Below the pieces are notes generated by a model, which did no database searches, had not been told where the DNA came from, and worked only from the letters and a program-made list of their open reading frames with translations. From positions 21,249 through 85,248 of the forward strand of contig JANRJA010000191.1 in the NCBI GenBank assembly GCA_033764315.1: a stretch of DNA of 64,000 bases. The letters are read 5' to 3'. Position 1 is the stretch's first letter, and every line of letters starts with the position of its first letter. The position numbers and the translations under genes are program-made. This stretch comes from Oculatellaceae cyanobacterium bins.114. GTDB lineage: Bacteria; Cyanobacteriota; Cyanobacteriia; Elainellales; Elainellaceae. This document shows positions 62,761 through 64,000 of this stretch, one piece after another.

Positions 62761-63002
62761 AACCGACCCAGACGTTGAAGGGTTGCGACATCATCCCTCA
62801 GGTCATCCAAATCATAATGAACACAGATATTGCGACTGTCGATCAAGTGTTGAAATTGGATCAAGTTCATGTCTAGAAGATGACTGGCTGTCCCAATGCT
62901 GATTTTCTTCTGCTGAAATAGCATCAGCACAACTTCCTGCAAGAATTCCTCCTCTGATAGTCCAGAGGCTTCAAGAATTTTGTCTGGAATAACAACACTC
63001 AT
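62757..63002 (-). CDS. UPF0175 family protein (putative antitoxin)
   Basis: LFQQKKISIGTA..L.DM....FQ..I..RNI..HY...DL..D; ATGA overlap with the PIN gene. Confidence 0.85.
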   Translation of the reverse strand: MSVVIPDKILEASGLSEEEFLQEVVLMLFQQKKISIGTASHLLDMNLIQFQHLIDSRNICVHYDLDDLRDDVATLQRLGRL

Positions 63003-63037
63003 AAAAGTTTTACTTGAAGCAGATTTGATGTCTATGA

Positions 63038-64000
63038 CTACAGGATAAACGATCTCACTATGTCAGTTAATCGTTGAATGCGATCGCGATCGCTCAAGAC
63101 TAACAATTCTTGTTGAACATTTAATGGTAGAACCATTGCATTCGCAACTTGCCAACTGAGCGATCGAGAGTTGCTTAAAGAAGCAACTTGTTCTGCATAA
63201 AAGCTAGGATATGCAACTCGCTGCTGATATTGCGCGTTACGTTCTGCATAGTCAGCGAATAGCAACTTCAATTGCTCAATTTGTTCGGTACTAACGGCTT
63301 CAGTTGGTGGCTCATAACGCTCAACCTCAGCCCACTGAATGCCGTCATTATCAAAAATTCGGAGTATTTTGATTAATCCTTCACCTGCTGCGTTAAGACG
63401 ATAAGTCCAACGGTTATCAGATGAGTTGCCCCCATCGTCAGTCAATCCAGCAACATGGATTAAGGTCGCAATAGACTGAGGAGTCGAATTGCTACTTACC
63501 GCGATCGCCCAATCAGCTTGCTCCCATACCTCTGGAGCAATTCTGCGATACTGTTGATACTGACGCTGGGTTAATGGCAGACTAATATCTATAATTGGAA
63601 AGACGACTTCAGCGCATGGCAACAGGGGTATCACACCTCGTTCAAACCCATCAAGCGTTAGATATGCATTAGTTGTCAACCCCTCCCCTTCTAACAACAC
63701 TGGAGCAGTTGTGGGGTAAGGGATATCATCTAAACTCGTAACAGGTTGAAACTCAAAAGTGTAGGCAGGCAGGTCAGAATTCGTTTCAGTGGCATCACCC
63801 CAATCGAATGTGGAGACAATAACTCGATAGTTACCATTGGGCAATTCAATCCACTGAGCTGCAGCAATTCTCATTATGGCGAAGAGCTGTTCAATCTTCT
63901 GAAATGTCGGTATTGTAAGGACATCTAAATCACCCAAGAGAGCCAGAACCGTTGAAAAAACGGGGATTATTTGACACGATAGTGGGTTCTTTTCGCCAAG
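63038..64000 (-). CDS. Protein with a C-terminal Lon N-terminal (substrate-binding)-like domain; starts beyond the window
   Basis: The frame stays open to base 64000. IPLLP...VVFP...LPL and LSWQVANAMVLPLNVQQELL.L....RIQRL resemble LON_substr_bdg. Confidence 0.65.
   Translation of the reverse strand, partial: LGEKNPLSCQIIPVFSTVLALLGDLDVLTIPTFQKIEQLFAIMRIAAAQWIELPNGNYRVIVSTFDWGDATETNSDLPAYTFEFQPVTSLDDIPYPTTAPVLLEGEGLTTNAYLTLDGFERGVIPLLPCAEVVFPIIDISLPLTQRQYQQYRRIAPEVWEQADWAIAVSSNSTPQSIATLIHVAGLTDDGGNSSDNRWTYRLNAAGEGLIKILRIFDNDGIQWAEVERYEPPTEAVSTEQIEQLKLLFADYAERNAQYQQRVAYPSFYAEQVASLSNSRSLSWQVANAMVLPLNVQQELLVLSDRDRIQRLTDIVRSFIL

Noticed and set aside
1-64000. Very frequent GCGATCGC octamer
   Set aside because: This is the known cyanobacterial HIP1 sequence; it was used only as a taxonomic clue.

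Overview
This window is cyanobacterial chromosomal DNA, shown by the very frequent HIP1 octamer GCGATCGC and typical cyanobacterial intergenic repeats. It has four blocks. (1) 1-5.2 kb: the end of a ZIP transporter gene, a divergent pair of AAA_35-type NTPases (one with an N-terminal HTH) and three small DUF4278 paralogues. (2) 5.2-12 kb: a Nit1C-type nitrogen-starvation operon (Sll0783-like protein, nitrilase, radical SAM, GNAT, AIR-synthase-like) behind a canonical NtcA promoter, then a short chlorite dismutase and an unknown two-repeat protein. (3) 12-32.7 kb: a roughly 20 kb organic-nitrogen scavenging region. It holds a GntR regulator with two shared palindromic operators, two Rieske oxygenases, two DUF1989 proteins, an HD-domain protein, creatininase, an amidohydrolase, RidA, a class II aldolase, a desaturase and two ABC importers. 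Its substrate is unknown. (4) After GAF-LuxR, TPR and aspA genes comes a 21 kb co-oriented five-gene locus (38352-59219) encoding proteins of 1154, 1464, 118, about 222 and 3862 aa. These carry LamG-like, beta-grasp-like and multiple LysM-like modules, with no recognisable enzyme or signal peptide. This locus is the best candidate for an undescribed system. The window ends with a short LeuA-like gene, a DUF362 gene, a UPF0175/DUF3368 toxin-antitoxin-like pair and a partial gene with a Lon-N-like domain. All family calls come from motifs recognised by eye; no database searches were run.
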